Positions 52,522-64,000 of a DNA stretch of 64,000 bases are shown in pieces. The position numbers and the translations under genes were made by a program. Each line of letters begins with the position of its first letter. The stretch's first letter is position 1. The DNA lies in the NCBI GenBank assembly GCA_964016885.1, contig OZ024743.1, positions 158,224,001 to 158,288,000 of the forward strand. The letters run 5' to 3'. Below the pieces are notes generated by a model. It saw only the letters and a list, made by a program, of their open reading frames with translations, searched no databases and was not told where the DNA came from. This stretch comes from Eledone cirrhosa. Lineage: Eukaryota.

Positions 52522-54185
52522 TCAGACTCAGACTCAGAAGCTCCCGCGTGCATGAGGGAATCATAGTGTTCCACCGCGTTCGGTCAGCAGCCAGTTGCAC
52601 AGCATCCCGCCATTGTCTGTTTGTCTCTCGCACTTTGTCTGGCGCCAGTTCCTTTTGGGTCGTCCTCTCCGTCTGCTTCCCTGAGGGCTCCATTTAAGTA
52701 CTTGGTTTGCCAGTCTCTCCGGGGGAAGTCTCAAAGCGTGTCCAAACCAGCCCAGGCGTCGCTTGCAGATGGTAGAAGAGATTAGCTGCTGGTTGGTGCA
52801 GTTCCTGACTTCCTGGTTTGTTACATGGTCACTCCACTTAATCCCCAGGATCTTTCGCAGACATCTGGAATCGAATGCGTCCAACTTCTTCTCTTGGCTG
52901 GTCTTAAGGTGCCATGTTTCACTTCCGTACAAGAGTGTGGACAGCACGTTGCTGTTGTAGAATCTCATCTTTGTTTTGAGGGTGAACTTCCTGCTCTTCC
53001 AGATCTTGTCAAGCTGGTTAAATGCTGCTGAAGCCTTTCCCATTCTACATTGCAGTTCACTGTCCATGGTGCCCTCATTGTTAATGGAGCTTCCTAGGTA
53101 GATGAAGTTGTCCACTATCTCCACCTCCCCCTGTTCAATGAAGTTGGTGGTGGGTGTGTCCCAGATAACATGCTTTTGGTCTTCTTGGCACTGATATTGA
53201 GACCTAAGCTTCCTGCTTCAACATTGATATTGTTCACAATGATTTGCAGGTCAGCTGTGCTCTCTGCAAGTGCAGCAATATCGTCCGCAAAGTCCAGGTC
53301 AGACAACTTTTGCTCTCCCAACCAAGATATACCCTGGTCTTTAGACGCTCTTCTTAGCACCCAGTCAATGGCTATGGCAAAGAGAATTGGAGAGAGTGAG
53401 CAACCTTGACGCACGCCAGTAACCACCTCAAACCAGTCGCTGTAACCATCCTCTGTCCGTATGCAGCACTTGGAGTTTGCGTAAATCTGTTTGATTGCCG
53501 AAATGACTTTCTGGGGCAGACCATACTCATGCATGATGCTCCAGAGCGACAGTCGATAAATGCTATCGAATGTTTTGGAGAAATCGATGAAGCTGATGGC
53601 GAGGGGCCTCTGGAATTCGTTGTACCTCTCAATGATGTGGTGTAGTGTAAAGATCTGCTCTGCACAGGAATGTTTTGGTCGGAACCCTGCCTGTTGTTCT
53701 CGCAGTTCCCGGTCTATCATGCCACGCATGCGGTTCAGGATCACTAGACAATAGACCTTCCCTGGTATGGAGAGAAGTGTCACTCCCCTCCAGTTGTCAC
53801 AATCGGCAAGGTTGCCCTTCTTGGGGATACAGACAACCGCTCCGTTTCTCCAGTCTTCTGGGACTTCACCCATGTTCAACACAAGATTACATAAGTGGCC
53901 CATCCACTTGACCATGCTTTCGCCTCCTGACTTCAGCATTTCAGCAGAAATGCCATCCATACCTGGTGACTTGTTATTCTTAAGGGTTTTGATGGCCATG
54001 TGGACTTCCTTCTCGGTGAAGTCATCAGTATTGATAGGTAACAAACTAGTAGGTTCCTTAGTGCCTGCTAGCATACGTGGCTCCGGTCGGTTGAGGACTT
54101 CCTTGAAATGTTCAGCCCATCTGACTAACTTTTCTTCACCCTTGGAAAGCAGCGTACCATCTTTCGCTTTTACCGGGCCTGAGTT
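52522..54185 (-). mobile_element. 5'-truncated RTE LINE (family without PHD insertion)
   Basis: KSPGMDG, QAGFR, FIDFSKTFDS, GVRQGCSLSP, FADD, LLYGSETW; one frameshift near 53120; (tgagtc)-type tail. Confidence 0.92.
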
Positions 54186-54804
54186 AATATTATTGAAATT
54201 TGTTGAAATTTCATATAAATCGAAGCAAAAAAAGTTTCAGCTCGGGTTTGTGCCCAGGGGAAGCCTTTGATTAAAATGAAATATATTTATCCAAGTACCC
54301 TGGGCAATGTAGTTTCAGAATATATATGGTTATGGGGGTCTATCTCGAAAACCATAGGAGGAGTTTGTGAACAAACAAACAAACAAACAGACAGGAACTA
54401 CACCTTTACATATAGAGATATTGTTGTTGTTTTTGCTGCTGTTTAGCCCCTAGGTCAACCTTATTTGAGCATACCCAGGATCAAAAGTGTTCCAACCATG
54501 TTCATCTCATCTTTCATCAGATAACTAAATTGAATATTTAATTCTGCCAAAACTCATTACATCAGGGTAAAACAACTGGTGAGATATAAACATTTGTTTC
54601 TTTAATTGGCTTCAGTTAATTGGCTGATATAATCATAACTTGCCCTTAACATAGATAACAGGACTTAGAATATAAGATATCATATTTATAGATGATATCA
54701 TATTTATAGATGATAGCAATTTGGAGAATGTTTACATTACTGTTTCAAAGTTATAGTAGTATAGCAAGGGATTTAATTTGAGTATGTGAGTTTACATTGA
54801 AGAA

Positions 54805-55026
54805 ATTACATAGAAGGTTCATTTTAACCATTCAGAAAGCACATACAAAAAACTTAATTTCACTTAACAATTATCATATATTTTATGGTGTCAAAATTTT
54901 CCTTGTGTGGAACTGTCGTTGTGACCAGCAGAAATATTGACTCCATAAAATAAATTATGAAGGTAATGTGAATTTAAGAGTTTTTGTGAGATTTTTAAAT
55001 GGCTAAAATGACGTTTCTATGATGTA
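54805..55026. repeat. ~220-bp imperfect palindrome (MITE/foldback-like)
   Basis: catagaaggttcattttaaccatt..attttatggtgtcaa / ttgactccataaaat..aatggctaaaatgacgtttctatg. Confidence 0.8.
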
Positions 55027-56077
55027 ATTGTTTATATTATTGTATCCTAAAACAAAAGTTTATTTGTCAACTAAACTATTACTGTAAGGTTTTTACAGCA
55101 AACTCTTACTGAAACATTTCATCTGACTCCAAACACATGAACTGTGAAACAAATGGTGATGTTTTCCATCAATATAATTCATAATTACAATGTTTAAAAA
55201 ATACAACTTCTGCTGAGCAATGCAAGGTTTTAAAGTCTGGTATTTTACCCAAAACAGATAAAGTAATAATTTCTAACATAAACACCAGGCCACACATTTG
55301 ATTTCTGGTAATTTATTTTATTGGCCTCTGAAAAATAAAAAGCAAAGTTTATCTCAGTGGAGTATGAACCCCAACCATAATGAGCCAAAACAAACACCAC
55401 AATGCATTTTGTCTGAAACTCTAAGAATTAGAGGAGGTGGAGGATGGTTAGCCATGTATTTGCACTTAGAAAGTTTCTCTTTAAGGTACAAACCCTGGTG
55501 GAAGACCATCTGGAAAACATGCATACCAATCTCCCCTCTCCATGCCACCAATGGTGTCTAAGAGAAAGGCAACGGCACCAATGATAACACCAATCATTTT
55601 TTTCCAGCTGAGTGAACTGGAACAATGTGAAATAATGAAATGTCTTGCTCAAGGTCACAACACACCATTCAGACTAAAACTCACAACCTCATGATTTTGA
55701 ACTGAACACTTTAACCACTACAGATTGTTCTTTCTTTACTAGCATCTCTTGGACAGGTTAACATAACCAAGTTGTTCTTATTTGTCAACGAACCACATCT
55801 TCCTCATATATTTCACTTTTGGCATGGTTTCTGCAGCTGCATAGCCTTCCTAATATTAATCACTTTACTAGGTGCATTTTGTTGAGGCATCAGCACTACT
55901 GAAGCTGCCTTGTATTTAGTAAGACTAAGGAGTTCTCACTAATCTACAATGTCTCCATTTGTTCAAGGAAAGATAACTAATTGTATGGATTATAGAGAGC
56001 AGAGTGACTGGGTGTTATTTCTAACAAGTTGAGTGACCATATATTCTTCATCGCTGCTAATGGTTTCAATTTTACAG

Positions 56078-56203
56078 GAAAAAGGAATGATCAAAGCTGA
56101 AAGTGATATCTACAAAGAATCTGTAAGGACACTCAAACTAAAATGCACCTTATTAGAAGACAAAAACAAATCTCTTGAAACAGACATCAATACTGTGAAG
56201 GAA
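56078..56203 (+). CDS. Host coiled-coil gene exon (last one recognised)
   Basis: ttttacag| EKGMIKAESDIYKESVRTLKLKCTLLEDKNKSLETDINTVKE |gtaagt; 126 nt, phase 0-0. Confidence 0.88.
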
Positions 56204-56326
56204 GTAAGTGTTTGTCTCTCCATTCCATAACATTTTTTTGCTCTTGTTTGTCTTTAAACTTCTTTCCAGGTTACTCTCAGTAGAATGTTATTTTATGAAG
56301 TTTTTCAATATTTTCATTTAAATCAC

Positions 56327-56620
56327 TAGACAAGTGTACTCTCCAAGTACTGGTCGCTCTCCGACAGGTTCGCGGTTGTGCCCTTGACAGTGGAGACTTC
56401 TGGTGTCCTTGGTCCTAGGGCTACCTTCCTATTCACCACCATAGGTGCTGAGCTGACCAGCCGCAGGTGTGAGCCTCGCGAGCTGGAATGGCTCTTCCAG
56501 CGCATCTCCCTTACCATCCTCCGGGCAAACGCCTTCTCCATCCTTTCCGCCGGGGCTGTGGGGAGGCCAGCACACGGGACCCCATTTGCTCACTATACGG
56601 ATTAACGCAAATAAATTATG
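56327..56620 (+). mobile_element. CRE-like REL non-LTR 3' end
   Basis: VVPLTVETSGVLGP...WLFQRISLTILRANAFSIL then aataaa. Confidence 0.75.
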
Positions 56621-56883
56621 TATAGTGTTGTTGTTGTTGTTGGTAGTGATGGTCTAGTTATTGGTGTTGTTGTTGTGGCTTAGTCTTCATCTCAGCTGTG
56701 ATTTAGTACATCAATGATCAGAAGTATTCCAACCATGACCATCCTGTCATTTTATATCAATGCTTATATTATCAAATATGCACCTCATTTGGCAAGTGTT
56801 GTTTATTTCCCAGGTCAGCTCTGATTGGTTATAATCAGACTATTCCAGCCATGACTATCTCATCTTTTGTATATCAATAATGT

Positions 56884-57087
56884 CTAATTTAGACACAAGG
56901 CCAGTAATTTGGGTGTGGCAAAGTTGATCATATCAACCCCAATACTTAACTGGTACTTTAATTTATCAACCCAAGAATGAAATGCAAATTAAACCTCAGC
57001 AGAATTTGAACTCCGGATGTAAAGTGTCATAACTAAATGCTGCAAAGCATTTTGTCTGATGGTCTAATGATTCTACCAATCCACCTC
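56884..57087 (-). mobile_element. MetaSINE-like SINE
   Basis: reverse complement of the family head, B box, core and 3' end. Confidence 0.7.
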
Positions 57088-57879
57088 TCTCTTTTGTATC
57101 GTCATCATCACCTAATAACGTCTATTTTTTCCAAACTTGCATGAGTTAGACGTGTCATCCATGTTATGAGACAAGTCTGGCCAGTTGCCCACACTGTACC
57201 TTGCTCAAACAGAACTGTATTTTGGGAGCTGGGGGATCTTGTTATGAGGGAGGTCTCATCAGTTGGCTGTGCCATACTTTACTCATAGTGGGACCAGGTT
57301 TTGGCTGGGATTTTACGATTGCTGGATGCCCTTCGTAACATCAGCTATGTTTACAGCATGGGACTCTGTGGTCCTGTTTATGAGGCAAGTCTAGCCAGTG
57401 GGGCATGCTGTACTTCATCCATAATGTGACCATGTTTTGGCTGGGTTTGTACAGCTGCTGGAAACCCTGTATAACACCAGCCATGTAGAACCAGGTGCTC
57501 ATAGTGGAACTGTATTTTGGGAGCTTATTGGTCCCATTATGAGGAAGGCATGGTCAAGGGCGAATTACAATATCCAATTAATCCTTCTTCATTTTAAGAT
57601 GGTAGGGTGTGATTTAAGCGATATTTAAGCTGATATTTCTAGCAAGTTGATTGACCTCATCGAAGCTCCCATGCTGGTCTAATTGTTTTGACAATTCAAT
57701 GTATATATTGTTAACCAACCAATTAGAAATTTTTAGACTACACTTGCTCTCTGGCAAAAGGGAAAAGAGAAAAGTGTGAAGGAAGTATCAGACGTTATGG
57801 AGGTGAAGATTATGATGATGTAATTGTCATAATATAATGAATGTAACAACCATCTAACCCATGGTCTCATCATCTGTCT

Positions 57880-58520
57880 CACATTCAAACAGTGATGCAT
57901 GTTTCAATTTGGTGCCCTCCTCATCAACCAGTACCTTTCTTGATGATGAATGCACTCACATTAGAATAACCAAGCACCTTGGCCTCCACATCTGTGAGCC
58001 ATACAAAGCCACTGTGGGGCTGTTGTTTTTTAGTTCAGCCTGCACCCACTATCATGTTCACTTAGTGAGGGCCAATTCCTCTGACACACTGCTTTGAACA
58101 ACATCTTCAAAAGGAGCCTTGATGCATCTGGCTTTCTATCACAATTGGAACCAGCTGATCTCAACTGGGGTGATGACAAGTGCCCTGACAGAATAACCCT
58201 CTTTCCATTCAAGCAAGGTAAGTCCCTAATCTGGGATGTGACAAGCTGTAACTCGTTCTCTTCCTCCAACTTTGTTGCTTTGGCTGCACACCCACAATGC
58301 AGAAGAGTCAAAAATAAACAAATACCAGGACTTGTCCAACCACTTCCTTTTCAAAGAACTCTGTTGTCTTTGGTCCCCGCACTACCAATTTCCTCTACAA
58401 AATCAGAAAGACAGTAGCCCACCTGAGGAAGGATCCCACGAGGCAGGGTGACTGTTGTAGTGGATGTTACTGCCCATTCTCCATGGCAATGCCTTCATCA
58501 TTCTGTCTGCAAGGTATGGC
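57880..58520 (+). mobile_element. Degenerate CRE-like REL endonuclease fragment
   Basis: LNNIFKRSL..LEPADL..DDKCPDRITLFPFKQGKSLIWDVT. Confidence 0.7.
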
Positions 58521-59914
58521 TGAATCATCACTCAGACTGTGGTGTAGAGTCTGTCTCTCCCTTCCTTTTTCCCTTTCCTTCATTACTTCATTCTCTTTTT
58601 TTCTTTTTCTTCTTTCCCTTTCCTTTGTTTGTTTCATTTAAATATTATTACTTTATTTGCTAACCTGAAGTAGGATTTTCCCACTGCTTATAGCAATCAA
58701 ATATGCATACCTTCTTCTCCATTGGACTAAGCCAAGAAGAGTTAAGTATATTGGATATAAGTAATACACTTTGTTGTTGCTGATGAGACCCATAAACCAT
58801 TGGGTTATTAATATGGGCATTGTATATCTAGTGCATGTAATTGTTGTTGCTGTTTAGCTCCTATGTCAGACATCATTGTAAAGACTCCTTCATTGCCTAA
58901 TGCTGTTCATGAAAAGTATGCTGTTATGTTTTGGTTGCTCATCTTTGAAGTAATGATATATGAAAGTCTGAAGCTCCTCAATTTCAGAAAAATAGGATTT
59001 CTATGCACTCACACTTACATTCACACTCACTCATTCATGCATTCATAAACACATTTTCTCTATCAAATGCACTCCTCTGCTTGATAATAAATGTATGCAT
59101 ATATATACTCGCATATTTACACTATAACACACAATTATAGACACAGTCATAGACACATATATGTATAAGCACACACATACAGACATACACATACATACAT
59201 GGAAACTCAAATATAAACATTATGCATGCATGTATATATGTACTATGAAACACAAAACCATATACACATACATGCGAACACATAGTCTCTTACATACATG
59301 CACAGTTTTGTGCATGTATGCATACATGCTCTTACACATGCGCATGGATAAACACACTCACAAAGGCACTTATATATACTTACACTCTTTCCATATATAC
59401 ATACACCTATATGAATACATCCTCACACATATTCATACTTACACAACAAATATATATATTGAATGATTTCCATATAGAGATCATTCTACAATTTTTAATG
59501 TAGTATGTATGTATGTGTTATATAATACAATAGCTCATACTAGCCATGACAACTGAAGCATGAAGCAGATATTGGCAAAACATTTCCTTTTTTCCAACTA
59601 GGTAAACCTGTGTAAACCTACTTAATTTGTCTTATTTAGAGATACAACATCAAATGATTGCCAATGTGCCCAGTGATTGTGTGTTTTTAAACGATTATCA
59701 CAACCCTTTCCAGCTTCTTACAACTTTTCAACAAATAGCTGCATGTTTGTTATTGCTTGTTCATTTGAAGATAAAGTATTTATAGGGATGTTGGCCTATT
59801 CATGACTATATTTTTAATGAGTAGACTACCAAACGTTTCAATTAGTTTCAAATATAATTAAGCCTTTGGAGAAGTATTGAAGAATATTTGTTTTTTATAT
59901 ATTTGTAGATTATT

Positions 59915-60056
59915 AACAGCAAATTGCTAGAGTTTTTAGAGCACAAGATAGAATGCCTTACAGCATTTGTTCTGACTTTCTGTGCTCTGAGTTCAAATTC
60001 TACTAAGGTCAACTTTGCCTTTCATCTTTTCAAGATTAATAAATAAAATACCAGTC
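59915..60056 (+). mobile_element. Old MetaSINE-like SINE
   Basis: ctctgagttcaaattctactaaggtcaactttgcctttcatc. Confidence 0.65.
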
Positions 60057-60744
60057 TAGGGTGAATTGTTAGAGCTTTGGATAGGATGTTTTGAGGTATA
60101 TGCTGTAGCTCTTGGATATCTGATCAATAGCATTGCTGGTGTAAAGAGAGGAAACTTACATGCATTGGAAACTCCTGTTTTTTTTATAAAACTTTACTTA
60201 GGCCTGCACAATGGAGAGAAACATTCTAGGATCAGATCCATAGTCTCGCAAAACATATAGAGGCCCTGGAATATATATTGGTGTTGACTAACTGAAAATC
60301 TCATATCATTTCATATTTTAATGAGATATTGATTGTTTTTAATTCAAATATGAACAATTTAGTACAAGTGGTTTTAAGCAGAGTGGCATATAAAGGATTA
60401 ACTTTCATGCAACAAGCCAGCATGAAAGCTTCTTCATGACCACTCAATGTGCTAAAAGTAGCAGCCAAATATCCTCAAATCACAGCCTACTGTCCTATAA
60501 AAGAGAAGTACACATTGGACAATGTAGTTTTGGAGTTAAGAAAGGATGAAATTGCCATGGTTGAAAAGTATTTGATTAAAGATCTACTGAGTGAGTGATG
60601 ACTTGAGATGAAGTAACTACAATACTAGCTACTACCAAGACTAACTATACTGCCATAAACACCAGAAGCCAATAGAACTTCGAACAAGTCACCTGATATG
60701 CTAGAAATAGCTCATCCAGTTACCATAATAAGGAAAGGACATAA

Positions 60745-60835
60745 ATAATTGTTTCTACTTTAGGCACAAGGCCAGCAATTAGCTGGTACTTTATTTTATC
60801 GACCCCCGTAAGGATGAAAGGCAAAGTCAACCTCG
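60745..60835 (-). mobile_element. Truncated MetaSINE-like SINE
   Basis: reverse complement of the core and 3' end of the 12578 family. Confidence 0.75.
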
Positions 60836-61236
60836 AATGTGGTCCAACATAGTCCTGAAAACACAGAATTATGTCTATTAGAATGCTTTTAACAATAGGC
60901 CTCTTGGAGAGGGCTTCACCTAAAGCAAAACAATGACAACAGCAACTATAGACCCAAACCCCAAAGTGAGTTTCTGTATGGTTGTTTGAACTGCTAGAAA
61001 TAGAAGCAAAATCACCTTCAAATCACACCCAACAACAAAAAGGATATATTCAACAATATAATCCTTGATACACAAAAAACATGGATGATCACTGCTGAAA
61101 CATCTTTGGTCATAGATTTAATGGATGTGAGCTGACACAGTGCTAAACAACAACAGCAACACTAGAGCAAAATAAATAAATAGGAAGATGGATTCATTTG
61201 TCACAGTACGTGATTAATAAGCTTTTAAAATACATA

Positions 61237-62519
61237 CAGGGTGGGGCATAAGCCCAGAAGCAAATTTTTGAAATTTGATCTCTATAAATTTTGTAAGTAT
61301 ATCATTAATCTTCTTTTATTTTCATGTTAAAACATTAATCTAAGTAAACATATTGGACTTTGTTTAAATTTCTTAAGGAATTTGAAAATGTCATCCAATA
61401 GAGAATTGATGCTTCATCGCACAGGGAGCTCAGATTTGGATATTGCAAAGTTACTTTTGGTTGCAAGATCTGTTTGGAAAACTGTGAAGCCTTTTAAAGA
61501 GCAAGATTTGTCAGATAGACTCGGAAGTGGAAGACCACGAACTAAACGGACTCCTGTTCCCATTAAAACTGTTTGAGAAAGGATAAGAAGGAATCCGAAA
61601 AGGTCCATGAGAAAAATGGCAAATGAGATCCGAGTAAGCCCTAGGACAATGAGAAGGATCATTAATGATAACTTGGGAATGTCTTCCTTCACCCTTCAGA
61701 AGAGACAATCCATTTCTGAAAACACAAAACAAAAAAGGCTAGAGGGAAACAAGAATTCGCTGAAAGAAATGCAACCCAACATGGCAGAGGAAATTGTCTG
61801 GTCAGATGAAAAGATTTTTACAGTTGAGCAGACACACAACCGAAGAAATGATTGAGTCATTGGAAAAAAAGCATCGGCAATCAGTATTGACCAAACATCT
61901 GTATTCCATATAATGAAACCAGGTTTTGTTATCGTCTGGAGGGCTGTTTCATCATCTTAGGGGGTCTCCTCTCATTTTTGTGGAAGAAAGGACAAAAATC
62001 AGCTCCCAATCTTGCATAAACGGTATTCTGGAGCCCATGCTTGCCTCTGCAACTAATTATTTTGGCAATGATTATCTGTGGACCTTCCAACAGGATGGAG
62101 TTATCTCCCATACAGCAAATGTCACACAAGCTTGGTGCAGAGACCATCTTTCGAGGTTTTGGTCAAAAGAAACATGGCCTCCTTGTTCATCTGATTTGAA
62201 CCCTATGGACTTTTCAGTATCATCTATCCTTGAAGAAAAAAGCCTGTTCAAAATCCCATAAGACAGTCGATGGTTTAAAGACACCTTTACTAAGTGCTTG
62301 GAAAGAAATTCTCCAAGAAATTTTGCATGCTTCGGTGAAAGATGTTCGATGAAGGTTAGAATCTGTTATTGCTGCATGAGTGGGTAATTTTGAATAAACT
62401 CTATACACTATATTCTAAATATATTTATGTATAATTACATATATGTTGATGGTCAATAAAGTTAGTAGTTTTGTTATTAAAAGCATTTTTATTTGCTTCC
62501 AAACTTATGCTCCACCCTG
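61237..62519 (+). mobile_element. Full-length degenerate DD37D (maT) Tc1/mariner transposon
   Basis: TA|cagggtggggcataag..gaagcaaat and atttgcttc..cttatgctccaccctg|TA; IVWSDEKIF, FQQDG, SDLNPMD with 37 residues between the 2nd and 3rd D. Confidence 0.92.
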
Positions 62520-63134
62520 TATATAACCATTGAGCAAAAACCACAATGCAGATGAGACATTATACATTTGATTGTTGCCATTGTTGTTTTTCTTAACCTG
62601 ATTCCATTTTTTTATGATAGAGAGTGATTTGAGAAAGATTTGGCTGCTCCAAAACTAACTTGTACTGTTATTGTTGTCATCGTCGTTTAGCCAAAAGTCA
62701 GCATTTATTTAGTAAACATATGATCATAGGTGTTCTAGCGGTAACCATCTTATCTTTTTATGTCTAAAACTAGATTCTCCATGTGTCCTTCACTTTTGTC
62801 TTATGATGGTAGAGTATGTACGAATTGAGGAAGACATGGCTGCTATTTTTAACAGTCTGAGTAACTACATAATGGCTGCCTTGTTGTTGTTCTGTTATAG
62901 TAGATGAGGCAGTGGTAAGATATGCTTGTCGTATTGATGAAATGTGCAATCATGTGGAACAGCAGGTGAAGCTAGCTCTACATGAAAGGTTTAATATGCT
63001 CTATTTATTGATCCATCACCACTGAGCTATTGATGCGTATCTAGTTGAGGTTTGTATGTGTTTATGTTTGTGTATATGTGTGTGTGTGTGCGTATGTATG
63101 TGTGTATGTGTCTGTGGGTGTGTAGCAAAAAAAA

Positions 63135-63351
63135 GTAACATCAGAAATAGCAACAACAAAAACAACAACAATAACAGAAGAGTATCAATAACAGCAACCA
63201 CAGCAACAACAACAACAGCACAACAACAACAACAACAACAACAAAAACATCAGCAGCAACAACAACATCAGCACAACAACAACAACAACAGCAACAACAT
63301 CAGCAACATCAACAACAACAACATCAGCAACAACAGCAACAACAACAACAA

Positions 63352-63383
<32 letters not shown>

Positions 63384-63480
63384 ACAACAACAACAACAAC
63401 CGCAACAACAACAAAAACAACAACAGCAGCAGCAGCAGCAGCAACAACAACAACAACAACGACATCATCAGCAGCAGCAA

Positions 63481-63539
<59 letters not shown>

Positions 63540-63640
63540 GCAACAACAACAGCAACAACAACAACATCAGCAGCAGCAACACCAACGACAACAACATCAG
63601 CAACAGCAACAACAACAACGACAACAACAACAATAGCAAT

Positions 63641-63671
<31 letters not shown>

Positions 63672-63672
63672 G

Positions 63673-63707
<35 letters not shown>

Positions 63708-63792
63708 ACAACATTAACAACAGCAACAACAACAATATCATCAACAACAACAGCAACAACATCATCAACAACAACATCATCAACAACAACAG

Positions 63793-63840
<48 letters not shown>

Positions 63841-63918
63841 TAACAACAGCAACAACAACAATATCATCAACAACAACAGCAACAACATCATCAACAACAA
63901 CATCATCAACAACAACAG

Positions 63919-63965
<47 letters not shown>

Positions 63966-64000
63966 GCAACAACAGCAACAACAGCAACAACAACAACATC
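63135..64000. repeat. Long (AAC/AGC/ATC)n trinucleotide array
   Basis: continuous triplet register; 126-bp higher-order duplication (63711 vs 63837). Confidence 0.95.

Noticed and set aside
58780-58835. Additional hammerhead (CTGATGA followed by the gacccata..tatggg stem)
   Set aside because: No GAAA or NUH half follows
63268-63999. 243-aa poly-Leu ORF
   Set aside because: Translation artefact of the (GTT)n microsatellite strand

Overview
AT-rich, microsatellite-dense eukaryotic DNA. The SINE/LINE families (MetaSINE-like and CORE-like tRNA SINEs, RTE with (GAT)n tails, Dong/R4) suggest a coleoid cephalopod, probably Octopus; this is an inference. One host gene can be built on the + strand: six phase-compatible GT-AG exons (ATG 31557 to 56203, 289 aa so far, coiled-coil protein, no stop codon reached in the exons I could assign). 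Most of the rest is transposon-derived: RTE LINEs (one family with a PHD finger inside the RT), three Dong/R4 copies and a near-intact Tx1 nested in (ATT)n, a Naiad-type Penelope-like element flanked by ~700-bp inverted repeats, mariner and DD37D/maT transposons, a Helitron-like STPR fragment, CRE and Hero fragments, and many SINEs. The least explained signals are non-coding: seven hammerhead-ribozyme-like motifs (four within 1.1 kb, separated by (TA)n tracts) and a ~600-bp (TA)n-inserted non-coding family headed by a ribozyme-like pseudoknot. All calls were made by eye; no database search or folding program was run.
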